A DNA stretch of 64,000 bases from Histomonas meleagridis 2922-C6/04-290x (Eukaryota; Protista; Parabasalia), in assembly GCA_020184695.1 (NCBI GenBank), contig JAANOX010000035.1, forward strand, positions 248,001 through 312,000, written 5' to 3'. Shown piece by piece: positions 23,219 to 34,292 of this stretch. Under the pieces are notes generated by a model. The model made no database searches and was not told the DNA's origin. It saw only the letters and a list, made by a program, of their open reading frames with translations. A program made the translations under genes and the position numbers. How positions within the stretch are numbered: the stretch's first letter is position 1; each line of letters opens with the position of its first letter.

Positions 23219-24898
23219 TTATTCCAGTTTTCTTTCGAGTATTGCCAACGCCTGTTGTGTTCTCTTTTTTTGCAATTCTATTGCCACTTTAGTCAACAAT
23301 ATTTCAGGTGCGTTTGGATCTATTTCCATTGCCTTATTCATATTTTTGAATGATTTTTCCAAGTCATTATTTGCCAAGAAAGTTCTCCACGCAGTTTGAT
23401 ATAGCATCAGACCGTACTCCTTCTTAAGCGTTACCTCGAACAAGCTATACTTCAATTTCGAGCACGCGTTTTTATAATCTCTAATCATATACATCGCTTG
23501 CGCTGCGTAAATTCTCGACAAAAACTTTGTTGTCGTATCAATGCTATTATTCGGACTAATTTTAGCATTCGGATCGGTGATAATTTTCTCGATGTCTATA
23601 GTTCGTTCATAATCTCCGAGTTCTAAGCATATGTATTGGCACAAAAGATTCGCGCTCATTTTTAATGAAGTTTGAGTATCATTACATAAAGCAATTGCAT
23701 TTCGCGCACATTTCTCTCCAAATTCAAGTGTTAGATTGGAGTCAATGCCTTCGGTATATCGGCCATATCTCGAAAACAATTTCGCGTCGCTAATCGGTAA
23801 TATCGTATATGTTCGCGTAGGAGTCGAAAGTCGTCGCGAAATTAAGTCAGACATTTGCGTCGCATTTCGAATCTTTGCAACGCGAAGCTTAAAAAAAAGT
23901 ACACAACATTCAGCTAGACGCATCCATAGATATGGAAAATCTGGAACTGAATCAATGATCGAATAAAAGTAATGAAACGCTTTACGTGGCTTTTGTTTGG
24001 ACAATAATGAAATGCCAATGTTATATAATATTTTGGGATAAGGCTGTATTAATACGGGAGTGGGACGGATGGATAAGGCTTTGGAAAACAGTAACAATGA
24101 CGAAGAGTATTTCTTTTGAATGATTTCATAGAGACCTTTGTTATTGAGAATTATCGGATTATTGGAATCAGTACTACGTGAAATATAGGCGTCATACTTG
24201 GGGTAATCCTCAAGAAATAAAGAGGCGTTTGCTAATGGAATAAGTTTGAAAAGTGAAATGGACTTTTGTGAATTTCGAAATTCTGACGACTCTTCAAAAT
24301 CATTTATGGATTTACTAAGAAAATCAAGTGATTTCTTGTCGCGCTTAAAAATGGCTTGCGATATTTCAAGTCGAAAATGTGAATATCTGTATCGTTCGAT
24401 AATTTTATGAGAAAGATTTTCATTAACACTAGTGGTTTTAAGAAAGGAAGAAAGATTTTGTATGCTATTGTCGAATTCTTTAGTAAAAAATGAGTTTGCC
24501 TTGTTAACATTATGAAAATCATTGGTTTGAATTGCAAATTCATATGTTAATAATGATATACAAATTAATGTCAACTTGTTAATGAATGAATGATTTTTCC
24601 ACATTTTATCTAATATTATTGAACATTCTTCAAATCTTCCAATTTCAAAATAATATAAACACTTGTGATACTGAATAAGTGTCCAGGATGGATGCATTGC
24701 CCAGGAATCGCAAATTTGTGCTTCTTTACGTATTATATCTTCAGCATTTTGTAATGATGTAAGTGGAGAATCACCATCATTAAGATAACGAACGATTGCC
24801 AAATTTTGAATGTCTTGAACCTCACTTGGCTCAGAGTTCCATGCTTCTAAAAGTTCATTATATTTTTCTTGATAAAAAATATCAGCTTGTTTCTCCAT
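23219..24898 (-). CDS. CNOT10: CCR4-NOT subunit 10-like TPR protein
   Basis: ILYNIGISLLSKQKPRKAFHYF...PYLWMRLAECCV resembles the CNOT10 LYNxG...LWLRLAECCI motif; helical TPR-like pattern. Confidence 0.7.
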   Translation of the reverse strand: MEKQADIFYQEKYNELLEAWNSEPSEVQDIQNLAIVRYLNDGDSPLTSLQNAEDIIRKEAQICDSWAMHPSWTLIQYHKCLYYFEIGRFEECSIILDKMWKNHSFINKLTLICISLLTYEFAIQTNDFHNVNKANSFFTKEFDNSIQNLSSFLKTTSVNENLSHKIIERYRYSHFRLEISQAIFKRDKKSLDFLSKSINDFEESSEFRNSQKSISLFKLIPLANASLFLEDYPKYDAYISRSTDSNNPIILNNKGLYEIIQKKYSSSLLLFSKALSIRPTPVLIQPYPKILYNIGISLLSKQKPRKAFHYFYSIIDSVPDFPYLWMRLAECCVLFFKLRVAKIRNATQMSDLISRRLSTPTRTYTILPISDAKLFSRYGRYTEGIDSNLTLEFGEKCARNAIALCNDTQTSLKMSANLLCQYICLELGDYERTIDIEKIITDPNAKISPNNSIDTTTKFLSRIYAAQAMYMIRDYKNACSKLKYSLFEVTLKKEYGLMLYQTAWRTFLANNDLEKSFKNMNKAMEIDPNAPEILLTKVAIELQKKRTQQALAILERKLE

Positions 24899-25163
24899 TT
24901 GATCGGTTTGTATTCAAACAAACCCCTACAATTTGGTTCAAGAAAGAATGGAGTCCGTTTATTTTTCGTTCTCATTTAAACGTACGATTTTCGGCACTTT
25001 TCGCCAGAGATTATTTTTTTCATGGACAAGTTTGAATGTGTAAACTATTCAATATTGTAAATGAAAGTATCTTAATGACAGAACAATCAAAATATTGTTA
25101 AACTAATCTCAATTTTCATCAAACGCATATGGGTCTAGAAATGATCCAATAGAAAGATACTTT

Positions 25164-25958
25164 ATGGATCATTATGAAGAACTTTCAAAGAATGATTGGG
25201 AGCTACATAAGAAGTATATTAATGAAGGACATAATCCAAATGAAATTGCGAAAATAATTCGGAATGATGAAATAGAAAAACTTCAAGAAATATCATCACA
25301 AACAAACTTTGATTTTAATCAAACAATTCCAAAATCACTTTATGAAAGATGTTCATTTATTAACAATTGGAATGTTTCATTAATTGATTATGCAGCATTT
25401 TTTTTCTTCTGTTAAATGTTTTAAATATTTACTTATGAATAATGCAAATGTAAATAATGCAGGCAAATATGCAATTGCAGGTGGAAATGAAGAAATCATT
25501 CATTTATGTGAAAAGAATCATTCATCATTTAAAGGTGCATGTGAAACTGCAATTGAATTTCATCAAAATGATATCTTTAAATATATTTATGAAAATAAAT
25601 TAGAAAAACACAATCAATACCTAAAATGTCTGCAGATAAAACTAATGATTTGATCAGCTTTTGTATTAAAAAAGAAAATTATGAAATTTTAGCATTTTTG
25701 GAAGAAAAAGGAATTGTGAATGCATGTAATATAAACGAATCAGCAAGAAATGGAAATTTGTATCTCGTTAAAAATTTCCTTCAAGATAATCAAATTCCAA
25801 AAGATATTTTGCCATTTGCTTCAGAATCAGGAAATATTGAACTTGTGAAATATGTTTTAGAACAAAAAGGAATTGATGTTAATGCAAAAAGTATTCATTT
25901 GAATAATTTAAAATATGTTTCAATAATTTGTAATATGTTTTAATAATTTTATACAGCA
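25164..25958 (+). pseudogene. 5'-truncated DUF3447-like ankyrin gene fragment
   Basis: NPNEIAKIIRNDE and LIDYAAFF family motifs; two 1-nt frameshifts (about 25400 and 25625). It ends after one linker array at F-Y-T-A. Confidence 0.75.
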
Positions 25959-26181
25959 AGTCGATGAAGTTGTAGATAAAGAAGGTAAGAAAACAACTAA
26001 AGAAACATGGCATAGTGTAGGTGAAGATGAAATTGATGCATTTGAAAATGAATGGTCTTTAAGACGTGGTATTGAAGCTATTGGTAGTAAAAATGAAGAA
26101 AAACCTGCAATTAAATCAGAAAATACAGAGAAAAAAGAAGAAACTAAGGAAGAACCTAAAGAAACAAAGGAACAACAATAA
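25957..26181 (+). pseudogene. Orphan C-terminal fragment of a myeloid leukemia factor (MLF)-like protein
   Basis: QVDEVVDKEGKKTTKETWHSVGEDEIDAFENEW resembles the MLF-family C-terminal motif (..G...TxxTxHNLxEDExxxFExxW), followed by a KE-rich tail and TAA at 26179-26181. No ATG, so it is absent from the ORF track. Confidence 0.5.
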
Positions 26182-26484
26182 AATTGTTAAATAAACATGT
26201 AAATTAAATAAATTTTATATTTATTTTATTAAACAACTTAATAATCATATTTCTCAGATTATATATATATATATTTATGTATATATCAATTAAATTCTTT
26301 AGTGTATGAATAAATATTTTAGCATTTAACTTAATCGTTTTTAATCATTTGATCAATTAGAACAATGTTTATAATATTTACACCACTAATTTTTAAAATA
26401 TTTTTTAGGAATTTTTATATAATTTATTATAAAACGAAGTAAAAACAAAAAACATTTTTATTAAACATCATAAACATTTCAACA

Positions 26485-29463
26485 TTACGACTTATGTTTC
26501 ATCAAGAATTTCATCTTGAATTGACCCTTTGGTATATTTTCAGATTCCTCATCAGCAGTGGAATTATTTTCTTGATTTAAAGTCATTTTAATTTTCTCAA
26601 GTATTGATTGAGCTATTGCCTCCACGATAGATGAAATTGTAGTTTGCGGCACGTTCTCACAATAAAACTCAGGTATATCTATTTCATAATTATTATTTTG
26701 ATTAGGATCGAAGAATTCATATTTCAAGTTAATTCTAAACTGTGGGAACAACAATTTCTTTAATTCCCATTGTTTAAACAACAAAGAATCACTTCCGAGG
26801 TTATTAGACAATTTAAAAGGCGAAACAATATCCACAAAAGATCTCATTATTTCTTCGTTAGTTTGTACACTTACATCATTACATCCAATTTCAAGTGATG
26901 TAATTACATTATCGATATAAGCGAAATTAACGGAAATACAATTACTACTATTTTTAGACAATGAAATTATTTTAGTTTTAGAGATATTAGTTATATAATA
27001 CATAGCTAATGATATACAATTAATGTCAATGATTTTCTCATGCTCACATTGATAATATATATCAAAATCATTAGTGTTAAATTGATATGAATATTGTGTA
27101 TTATTCGTCGATGTTAAAATAACAGAAAATGTTTCGGAATTAAATAAAATCGTTTTAATTGTTGGTAAATATGATGATATCGAATAAAATTGATATAATG
27201 GATCTAAATTTATAATTGTCTTATTACATTTGATTGTAATGTTTTCACCATTATAATCAATGCTTATATCATTTATATCTATTTTAAGATATTCAGTTTC
27301 ATATTTAGAATTTGATGATTTAAAATTAATAGTTTTATTCTTGTTGTTAATTTTTAATTTTAAGTCATTTATAATGAAATTATATATATTTAATTGCTTT
27401 ATATTTATTATTTGATATTTATCTTTAGGTATAGTTATAGGTAATGAATGATCTAAAAATAACGCATATTCAACAGTTAATGAACGATTACAAATATCCC
27501 AAATAATATTATTCGCTAAAATCTTTTCATTAACATAACTTTTAGACTCAATAAAAGTCGGAACAAATGATTTCAAACTAACTGTAGCAGATTGGAATTC
27601 GGAATTATTTATATATAAATTTTGTACAAAGACATTACCTTTCTTATATTTGCCTTGTTTTCCTTTGATATTATTTGCAATTATATGATCACTATCGATT
27701 TGCAACAAATTATTTATTAGATCAGAAGAAGTTGTTGAAGAAATTTCTTCAACTTCTATAAAATCAAATGAAAATTCTTTAGAATTTCCTTTAAAATGAA
27801 AAACTTCATATTTGTTTTTATCATCGAAAACTTTCATGTTTTCGAATTCAAAATATGTTTGCCAAAAATTCCAATCGAAAAAATGATTTTGATCTTTAAA
27901 TAAACCAAACACAATATTACCAAAAACCATTCCACAAGTTTGGAAACTATTAAAAGTTGATAAAAATTGTATTTTCCCATTAAAATATATTTCGTTTAAT
28001 TCATAAAATTCCGTTTTAATTAATTCACATTTAAGTGAATATGAATAAGACATAACAAGATCCATATATTGTAAATCGGGAATATTTTCAATTAAATTTA
28101 ATATGTTTTCATTAATTTTTGTTGCTTTAACTTCGGAATTTGTGAAATTAATTTTGTTGTTTAAAATCGAAATATTTAATTTCTTTAATTCCGCCGAAAA
28201 ATTTGTTGAATTAAAGAAATTTATTAATTTTAATACATATATAAGATGTTTTGTATTTCTATTTTGATGAAGTTGGAATTTTATTTTATCCGAAATTAAA
28301 TTCGTTTTAAATATTTTCGTTTTTCCAAGTGTAAACTTAGAAAGTAATTCTTTATCAGTTATAAATGATATATCACAACTTTCATATGTTAAAATACAAT
28401 TCTTTAAACAAAATGATTTCGAAATAAAATGAATCTTTTCGAATTTATTTATCCGACAAATGATTTCAAAGTTATTTACATTAATTTGAAATGGTAAATC
28501 TTTATAACCAAAAAGTTCTTGAAATGTATCAAATGAATTGTTTAATATTATTTGTTCGAAATATACATTTTTTTGCGTGTATTTTACATTAGTTATAGAA
28601 AGTGAATATGTTTTTTCTACATCTTCGCAAAAAACAGATGCAAATTTTATTTCATTTTTGATCAAATCAAAATTAACATCATTCGGAAATGATAAAATTA
28701 AATTAGATGTATAATTAGCAAATGTTTTGGATTCAAGTGTGATCGAACCACATGAAAAAATGATTTTAATTAAAGATGGCTCATGTGCAAATGCAATTAT
28801 TTCGCAAGGGAAAATGGTAACACATCGATTTTGCACATGAGCTTTGATTTTAGGCTGAATAAATTGAATTTTTGTCAGGCTAAAAAGATCATTGAAATGA
28901 ATTTTAATGGATGATTCTCCAACTTTTCCAGAGAGTGTTGAAATATTAAAAGTAAAAGATTTAAATGAACCAGTAATAAGAGATGTTGAAAAATTGACAG
29001 AAAGACCTGTTAAGTGATAAGTTGATTCATTATTTTGTATTAAAAAATCATCAATTTTTACTATGTATTTAAAAAACCAAATCTGAGGCATTGATTTTTG
29101 TCTAATAGAAAATCCATTTTTTAATATTGTAACCAAGTTTTTAATTGAAAAAGATTTACATTTGACTTGCATGATTTCAAGTACTTTAATTTTACCAAAA
29201 GAAAGTTTAGAAGACTTGCAGGTTGCCTTAAAATTTTGATTTTCTATTTGAATATTTTGGATTGAAAAAAAAGAATATCCTGGGGTAAATGTAACTTTTG
29301 CATTAAATAAATAGGATAGTGTTTGCTTTGTAATAAAGTAAATGAGTCTCCTTGAAATATGATAAAGAAATATGAATCCTATGATGAAAAAAAGAACATG
29401 GAAAAGACTCATTTCATGAAAAGTGACAATTTTAGAATCATAAAAGCAAAAACATGCAATCAA
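26485..29463 (-). CDS. Hypothetical protein, N-terminal TM anchor and beta-strand-rich body
   Basis: 992-aa ORF; hydrophobic MSLFHVLFFIIGFIFLYHIS segment. The true start is probably the ATG of MSLF. Confidence 0.65.
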   Translation of the reverse strand: MIACFCFYDSKIVTFHEMSLFHVLFFIIGFIFLYHISRRLIYFITKQTLSYLFNAKVTFTPGYSFFSIQNIQIENQNFKATCKSSKLSFGKIKVLEIMQVKCKSFSIKNLVTILKNGFSIRQKSMPQIWFFKYIVKIDDFLIQNNESTYHLTGLSVNFSTSLITGSFKSFTFNISTLSGKVGESSIKIHFNDLFSLTKIQFIQPKIKAHVQNRCVTIFPCEIIAFAHEPSLIKIIFSCGSITLESKTFANYTSNLILSFPNDVNFDLIKNEIKFASVFCEDVEKTYSLSITNVKYTQKNVYFEQIILNNSFDTFQELFGYKDLPFQINVNNFEIICRINKFEKIHFISKSFCLKNCILTYESCDISFITDKELLSKFTLGKTKIFKTNLISDKIKFQLHQNRNTKHLIYVLKLINFFNSTNFSAELKKLNISILNNKINFTNSEVKATKINENILNLIENIPDLQYMDLVMSYSYSLKCELIKTEFYELNEIYFNGKIQFLSTFNSFQTCGMVFGNIVFGLFKDQNHFFDWNFWQTYFEFENMKVFDDKNKYEVFHFKGNSKEFSFDFIEVEEISSTTSSDLINNLLQIDSDHIIANNIKGKQGKYKKGNVFVQNLYINNSEFQSATVSLKSFVPTFIESKSYVNEKILANNIIWDICNRSLTVEYALFLDHSLPITIPKDKYQIINIKQLNIYNFIINDLKLKINNKNKTINFKSSNSKYETEYLKIDINDISIDYNGENITIKCNKTIINLDPLYQFYSISSYLPTIKTILFNSETFSVILTSTNNTQYSYQFNTNDFDIYYQCEHEKIIDINCISLAMYYITNISKTKIISLSKNSSNCISVNFAYIDNVITSLEIGCNDVSVQTNEEIMRSFVDIVSPFKLSNNLGSDSLLFKQWELKKLLFPQFRINLKYEFFDPNQNNNYEIDIPEFYCENVPQTTISSIVEAIAQSILEKIKMTLNQENNSTADEESENIPKGQFKMKFLMKHKS

Positions 29464-29764
29464 GCTTGTCCATTATCAATTACCTTATATGTCATACGTT
29501 ATATATTTATTTGACTATTCTAAATATGAAATACCAAATTAGTGAATAAATAATTATAATGAATAATGAAAAATGATTTTATTAAATACAATCAATCCTG
29601 ATTAAAAACAGAGCATAACTCAATAATGCAATAAAGCAATACTAAATATAAAGTAAAAGAACCAACTGGAAACTATATAAAGAAAAATTTCTTTGGTTGC
29701 ATCTACGAGACCGTTTAATTCTATCGTAATTGATAACAACCGAAAAGTGCCGGTTATTTCGAAA

Positions 29765-32700
29765 ATGTCATCAGATTATGAATATTCCGATTATGATGAT
29801 GAAACAATTCCAGAAGCTATCAGGTACGAAGTTGCAAGTTCAGCAATTCCACTCAATTTTTCTGTTCTTATGAATCCATCTCAAATCAAGCAAAACCATC
29901 TCGGAGATTCATTTGCTTCTCTACGTTCGAAAAGGTCCACTGCAGTTGTAAAAGTATTTCCATCAAAAACATGTCCACAAGGAAAAGTAGAAATACCTAA
30001 GTTATTACGTTTTTCTCTTGATCTAGCACTACAAGACAGTGTTGCAATATCTGCCTGTGATGCTAAATCACAAGCAGAAGCAATCCAAATTGTTCCATTA
30101 TTTGATCCAGGAAATACAGATTATAGTTCCGACCTTATTGAATATTTTCAAACTGATTTCCATCCAGTTGAAGCTGGCGTTGCTTTTTCTGTTTATGTTC
30201 GTGGATCTATTTTAACATTTAAGATATTGAAAACTATTCCATCTGAACCCTGTTTTACAACTCGTGCAACTCGCATAGTATTTTCACATGCCATTGATCC
30301 ACCACAAAGCCGCCATCTATCAGACATAGCCATTTCATCGGAAACCCTCAGTCTCATTAATAAATACATCAATCTTCCCATCCAACACCCAAATATCCTC
30401 CAATCATTGGGTGTCCGAAGTTCCAACGGCGTCATTTTTTATGGTGGCAAAGGTTATGGTAAGACATGTCTATTAAATGCGATTACCAAAGATTCACATG
30501 TTCCATATCTTTTTATCAACACCACAGACCTAATGAAGCTACCCACGAATCAAGCGCTTGTCCGACTTCAACAAAGTTTTGCGTATGTAATTGATCGATC
30601 ACCAGCGATTTTAATCTTCGACAATGCCACAGATTTAATGTGTGGGATAAAGTCTGCGACATCCATAGGTCATCGGCAACTTATTGCATTATTTATATCA
30701 TTATTAGATCGATCATTATCAGAGCCAGGTATCGTTATCTTAGCTTCAGCGTCATCTAAATCTGAAATAGATCAAAGTCTACAACGATTTGGACGATTTT
30801 GTTTTGAGATTGAACTTAAATTACCACAATCATCACAACGTGCACAAATCATTGACTTAAATACACATGGAATTAATTTTGATCCACAAAACTTAAAAAT
30901 AATTTCAGGCGAATCAACAGAAGGTAAAACATGTTCAGATATTGAAGAGATTACAGATAATGCTATTTATACAATGATTTATGAGAACATTAATTTAACG
31001 AAAACATTCCCAACAGATAAAGAGATTCATGAATCAGCTATTAATTCTACATTACGATTAAACCATTTCCCAATTACTATTAATGAAAGTATTAATTCAT
31101 CAGCAAATATTGACGTGTTTACTAAAGCACAAAATAATTTCGATGATTTAGATAAAAGTAAAAATGATGATCCATTCGGAAGTAATAATATGTTTAGTCC
31201 GAAAATTGATGAAAATAAAGATAATATATTTGGAATAAATCAACAACAAAATCAAAATGATCCATTTGCGAGTAATAATGTTACTAAAAGAAGTAATGAT
31301 GGATTTCAAATTGGTAGTAATGATAACCAAAATGATAATATTAAATTAAGTGATGAATCATTTAATATAAAGAAAAGTAATGATTCATTTAATATGCAAA
31401 AACAAGATCAAAATGATATGTTCAATAAAAACATTGGACTTAATGAAGATCCATTTAATAATAATGCCGTCAAAAGAAGTAGTGATAGATTTAATGTCGA
31501 TGCAAATCAAAATAATGATTTATTCGGTTCAAATAATAATATTAAAAGTAGTAATGATAGATTTATGGATACTAATCAAAATGATCCATTCGGTAATACT
31601 CAAAATGGATTCGGTAATGCAAAGCAACAAAATGATTCGTTCGGAAGTAATCAAACAGGATTTGGACAAAGTCAACAAAGCGAATCATTTGGAAATACAA
31701 AGCAACAGAACGACTCATTTGGAAGTGATCTATTTGGAAATGCTCAAAGCGGATTCGGCAATGCAAATCAGCAAAACGATTCATTCGGAAACAATCAAAG
31801 CGGATTCGGACAAAATAAGCAAAACGATTCGTTCGGAAATGCTCAAAGCGGATTCGGCAATGCAAACCAACAAAATGATTCGTTTGGCAGTGGTCAAAAG
31901 GGATTTAACACTCCAAGTCAACAAAGTGATCCATTCGGTAATAATCAAAATACATTTGGTAATACGAATACACAAAATCAACAAAATGATCCGTTTGGAA
32001 ATAACCAAAACGGATTTGGCAATGCAAATGCCCAAAACAAGCAAAATGATCCATTCGGTAATGCTCAAAGCGGGTTTGGTAATGCAGGTCAACAAAACAA
32101 TCCATTTAATACACAAAGTAGTTTTGGAAATGCAAGTCAACAAAATGATTCATTTGGAAACAATCAAAGCTTTGGTAATAATCAAAGTTCATTTGGCAAT
32201 GCAAATCAACAAAATGATCCATTTGGTAATAATCAAAGCTTTGGCAATGCGAATCAACAAAATAATTCATTTGGAAGTGGACAAAAAGGATTTAATGCAC
32301 CAAGTCAACAAAATGATCCATTTGCAAACAACCAAAGCTTTGGTAATCAGAATCAACCAAACAATCAAAATACTTTTGGTAACGCGAATGCTCCAAATCA
32401 ACAAAATGATCCATTTGGTAATAATCAAAGCTTTGGCAATGCAAATCAACAAAATAATTCATTTGGAAGTGGACAAAAAGGATTTAATGCCCCAAGTCAA
32501 CAAAATGATCCATTTGCAAATAATCAAAGCTTTGGTAATCAGAATCAACAAAACAAACAAAATGATTTATTTGCTAATAGCCAAAGTGGATTTGGAAGTA
32601 ACAGCGCCCAAAACAATAATCCATTTAGAATAAACAACAATGGATTTGGAAACGATTCGTTCAATAGTGGACAAAAGCAATTTAATGCACCAAACCAACA

Positions 32701-34045
32701 AAATGATCCATTTGGCAACGCAAATCAACAAAACGAAATATTTAACAGCGGACAAAAACGATTTAATTCACAAAATCAACAAAATGATCCATTTGCTAAT
32801 AACCAAAATTCGTTTGGCAATGCAAATCAACAAAACGAAATCTTTAATAGCGGACAAAAGCAATTTGATGCACCAAACCAACAAAATGATCCATTTGGCA
32901 ATGCAAATCAACAAAACGAAATATTCAACAGCGGACAGAAGCGATTTAATTCACCAAGCCAACAAAATGATCCGTTTGCAAACAACCAAAATACTTTTGG
33001 CAATGCAAATGCTCCAAATCAACAAAACGATCCATTCGCTAATAACCAAAGCTTCGGCAACGCAAACCAACAAAACAATTCATTTGGCAGTGGACAAAAG
33101 CGATTTAATGCACCAAGTCAGCAAAACGATCCATTTGCCAACAATCAAAGCTTTGGCAATCAGAACCAACAATTCGGCAGCAATCAAAATGCATTTGGTA
33201 ACGTAAATCAGCAAAGCGAAATATTCAACAGTGGACAGAAGCGATTTAATTCCCAAACGCAGCAAAGCGATCCATTCGCTAACAGTCAAAGCTTCAGCAA
33301 CCAAAACAATCCATTTAACACAAGCCAAAGCTTCGGTAATCCGAATAATTTAAATCAAAATCCATTTGGCAACCAAAACAGTTTCGGCGGCAATCAACAA
33401 AATGATCCGTTCGGTAATTCGCAAAGCTTCGGCAGTAACCAGCGGCCGCTCACGAACTGCGAAAGATATCCAAATCAACAAAATGATCCATTCGCAAATA
33501 ATCAAAATACGTTTGGGAATACAAACCAACAAAATAATGCATTCGGTAATAACCAAAATAACTTCGGAGCTAATGAATCATTCGGTAGTTCCGCCCGAAA
33601 TCTTTTCTCATTTTCAAATGATCAACAACAAGAAAGTCAGAATCCACAAAACCGTTACGCAAATAACGTTCAAAACGATCCGTTTAGTAACGGTCAGAGT
33701 GGGTTCGGAAATAACGGTCAGAGTGGGTTCGGGGGTAACCAAAATACCCCGTTTAGCAACAACCAAAATGATCCGTTTAGTAACGGTCAAGGCGGTTTTG
33801 GAGGCAACCAAGGCGGGTTCGGAGGGAATCAGTTCGGTGGAAACCCTAACGTAAGGTTTGGAAATGATGACCCATTCGCTAACGGTGGTGGCAATACATA
33901 TGGTAATGGAAATGCATTTGGTGGTGGAAATGCTCAATTCGGAAATAATAATAATTCAGGATTCGGAGGAAATCAGTTTGGCGGAAACTCACCGCAAAAG
34001 CAGCCCCAACGTAATCCATTCTCGGATTTTGATCCACTAAAGTAA
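29765..34045 (+). CDS. CDC48/p97-like N domain plus a single AAA domain, followed by a long Q/N-rich DPF/FG-repeat tail
   Basis: N-domain-like VKVFPSKTCPQGKVEIPKLLRFSL and HPVEAGVAF; Walker A GGKGYGKT (30443-30466); Walker B ILIFDN; DQSLQRFGRF. First ATG is at 29765 (the ORF track starts at an upstream TTG). Confidence 0.8.
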   Translation: MSSDYEYSDYDDETIPEAIRYEVASSAIPLNFSVLMNPSQIKQNHLGDSFASLRSKRSTAVVKVFPSKTCPQGKVEIPKLLRFSLDLALQDSVAISACDAKSQAEAIQIVPLFDPGNTDYSSDLIEYFQTDFHPVEAGVAFSVYVRGSILTFKILKTIPSEPCFTTRATRIVFSHAIDPPQSRHLSDIAISSETLSLINKYINLPIQHPNILQSLGVRSSNGVIFYGGKGYGKTCLLNAITKDSHVPYLFINTTDLMKLPTNQALVRLQQSFAYVIDRSPAILIFDNATDLMCGIKSATSIGHRQLIALFISLLDRSLSEPGIVILASASSKSEIDQSLQRFGRFCFEIELKLPQSSQRAQIIDLNTHGINFDPQNLKIISGESTEGKTCSDIEEITDNAIYTMIYENINLTKTFPTDKEIHESAINSTLRLNHFPITINESINSSANIDVFTKAQNNFDDLDKSKNDDPFGSNNMFSPKIDENKDNIFGINQQQNQNDPFASNNVTKRSNDGFQIGSNDNQNDNIKLSDESFNIKKSNDSFNMQKQDQNDMFNKNIGLNEDPFNNNAVKRSSDRFNVDANQNNDLFGSNNNIKSSNDRFMDTNQNDPFGNTQNGFGNAKQQNDSFGSNQTGFGQSQQSESFGNTKQQNDSFGSDLFGNAQSGFGNANQQNDSFGNNQSGFGQNKQNDSFGNAQSGFGNANQQNDSFGSGQKGFNTPSQQSDPFGNNQNTFGNTNTQNQQNDPFGNNQNGFGNANAQNKQNDPFGNAQSGFGNAGQQNNPFNTQSSFGNASQQNDSFGNNQSFGNNQSSFGNANQQNDPFGNNQSFGNANQQNNSFGSGQKGFNAPSQQNDPFANNQSFGNQNQPNNQNTFGNANAPNQQNDPFGNNQSFGNANQQNNSFGSGQKGFNAPSQQNDPFANNQSFGNQNQQNKQNDLFANSQSGFGSNSAQNNNPFRINNNGFGNDSFNSGQKQFNAPNQQNDPFGNANQQNEIFNSGQKRFNSQNQQNDPFANNQNSFGNANQQNEIFNSGQKQFDAPNQQNDPFGNANQQNEIFNSGQKRFNSPSQQNDPFANNQNTFGNANAPNQQNDPFANNQSFGNANQQNNSFGSGQKRFNAPSQQNDPFANNQSFGNQNQQFGSNQNAFGNVNQQSEIFNSGQKRFNSQTQQSDPFANSQSFSNQNNPFNTSQSFGNPNNLNQNPFGNQNSFGGNQQNDPFGNSQSFGSNQRPLTNCERYPNQQNDPFANNQNTFGNTNQQNNAFGNNQNNFGANESFGSSARNLFSFSNDQQQESQNPQNRYANNVQNDPFSNGQSGFGNNGQSGFGGNQNTPFSNNQNDPFSNGQGGFGGNQGGFGGNQFGGNPNVRFGNDDPFANGGGNTYGNGNAFGGGNAQFGNNNNSGFGGNQFGGNSPQKQPQRNPFSDFDPLK
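31150..34030 (+). repeat. Degenerate coding repeats QQNDPF(G/A)NNQSFG
   Basis: More than 20 DPF motifs, several NPF motifs and many SFG/GFG motifs; recurring nucleotide unit caacaaaatgatccattt. Confidence 0.85.
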
Positions 34046-34292
34046 AAAAGTTGTGAATATTGATCGCTCTCTCAATTTTAAATATGAAAAATCATTAAAT
34101 TTATAAGGAAAAATGCAGTAAAAATAAATTTATTTGAGTATCCAAATTTAATTTTTAATGAAACAAAATTCTTAAATATATCTTTAGTATAACTATTTGC
34201 CTGTGCTAAAAGATTTAAAGTCACATTTAATAAATTATTTACAAAATAGATAATATCCTCATAAAATGTTTTTTAAAATTAATAATTGATTA

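Noticed and set aside
31148-34040. Many overlapping alternative-frame and antisense ORFs (for example 31380-32633 and 32640-33206)
   Set aside because: They are shadows of the low-complexity QQNDPF repeats, which lack stops in other frames.
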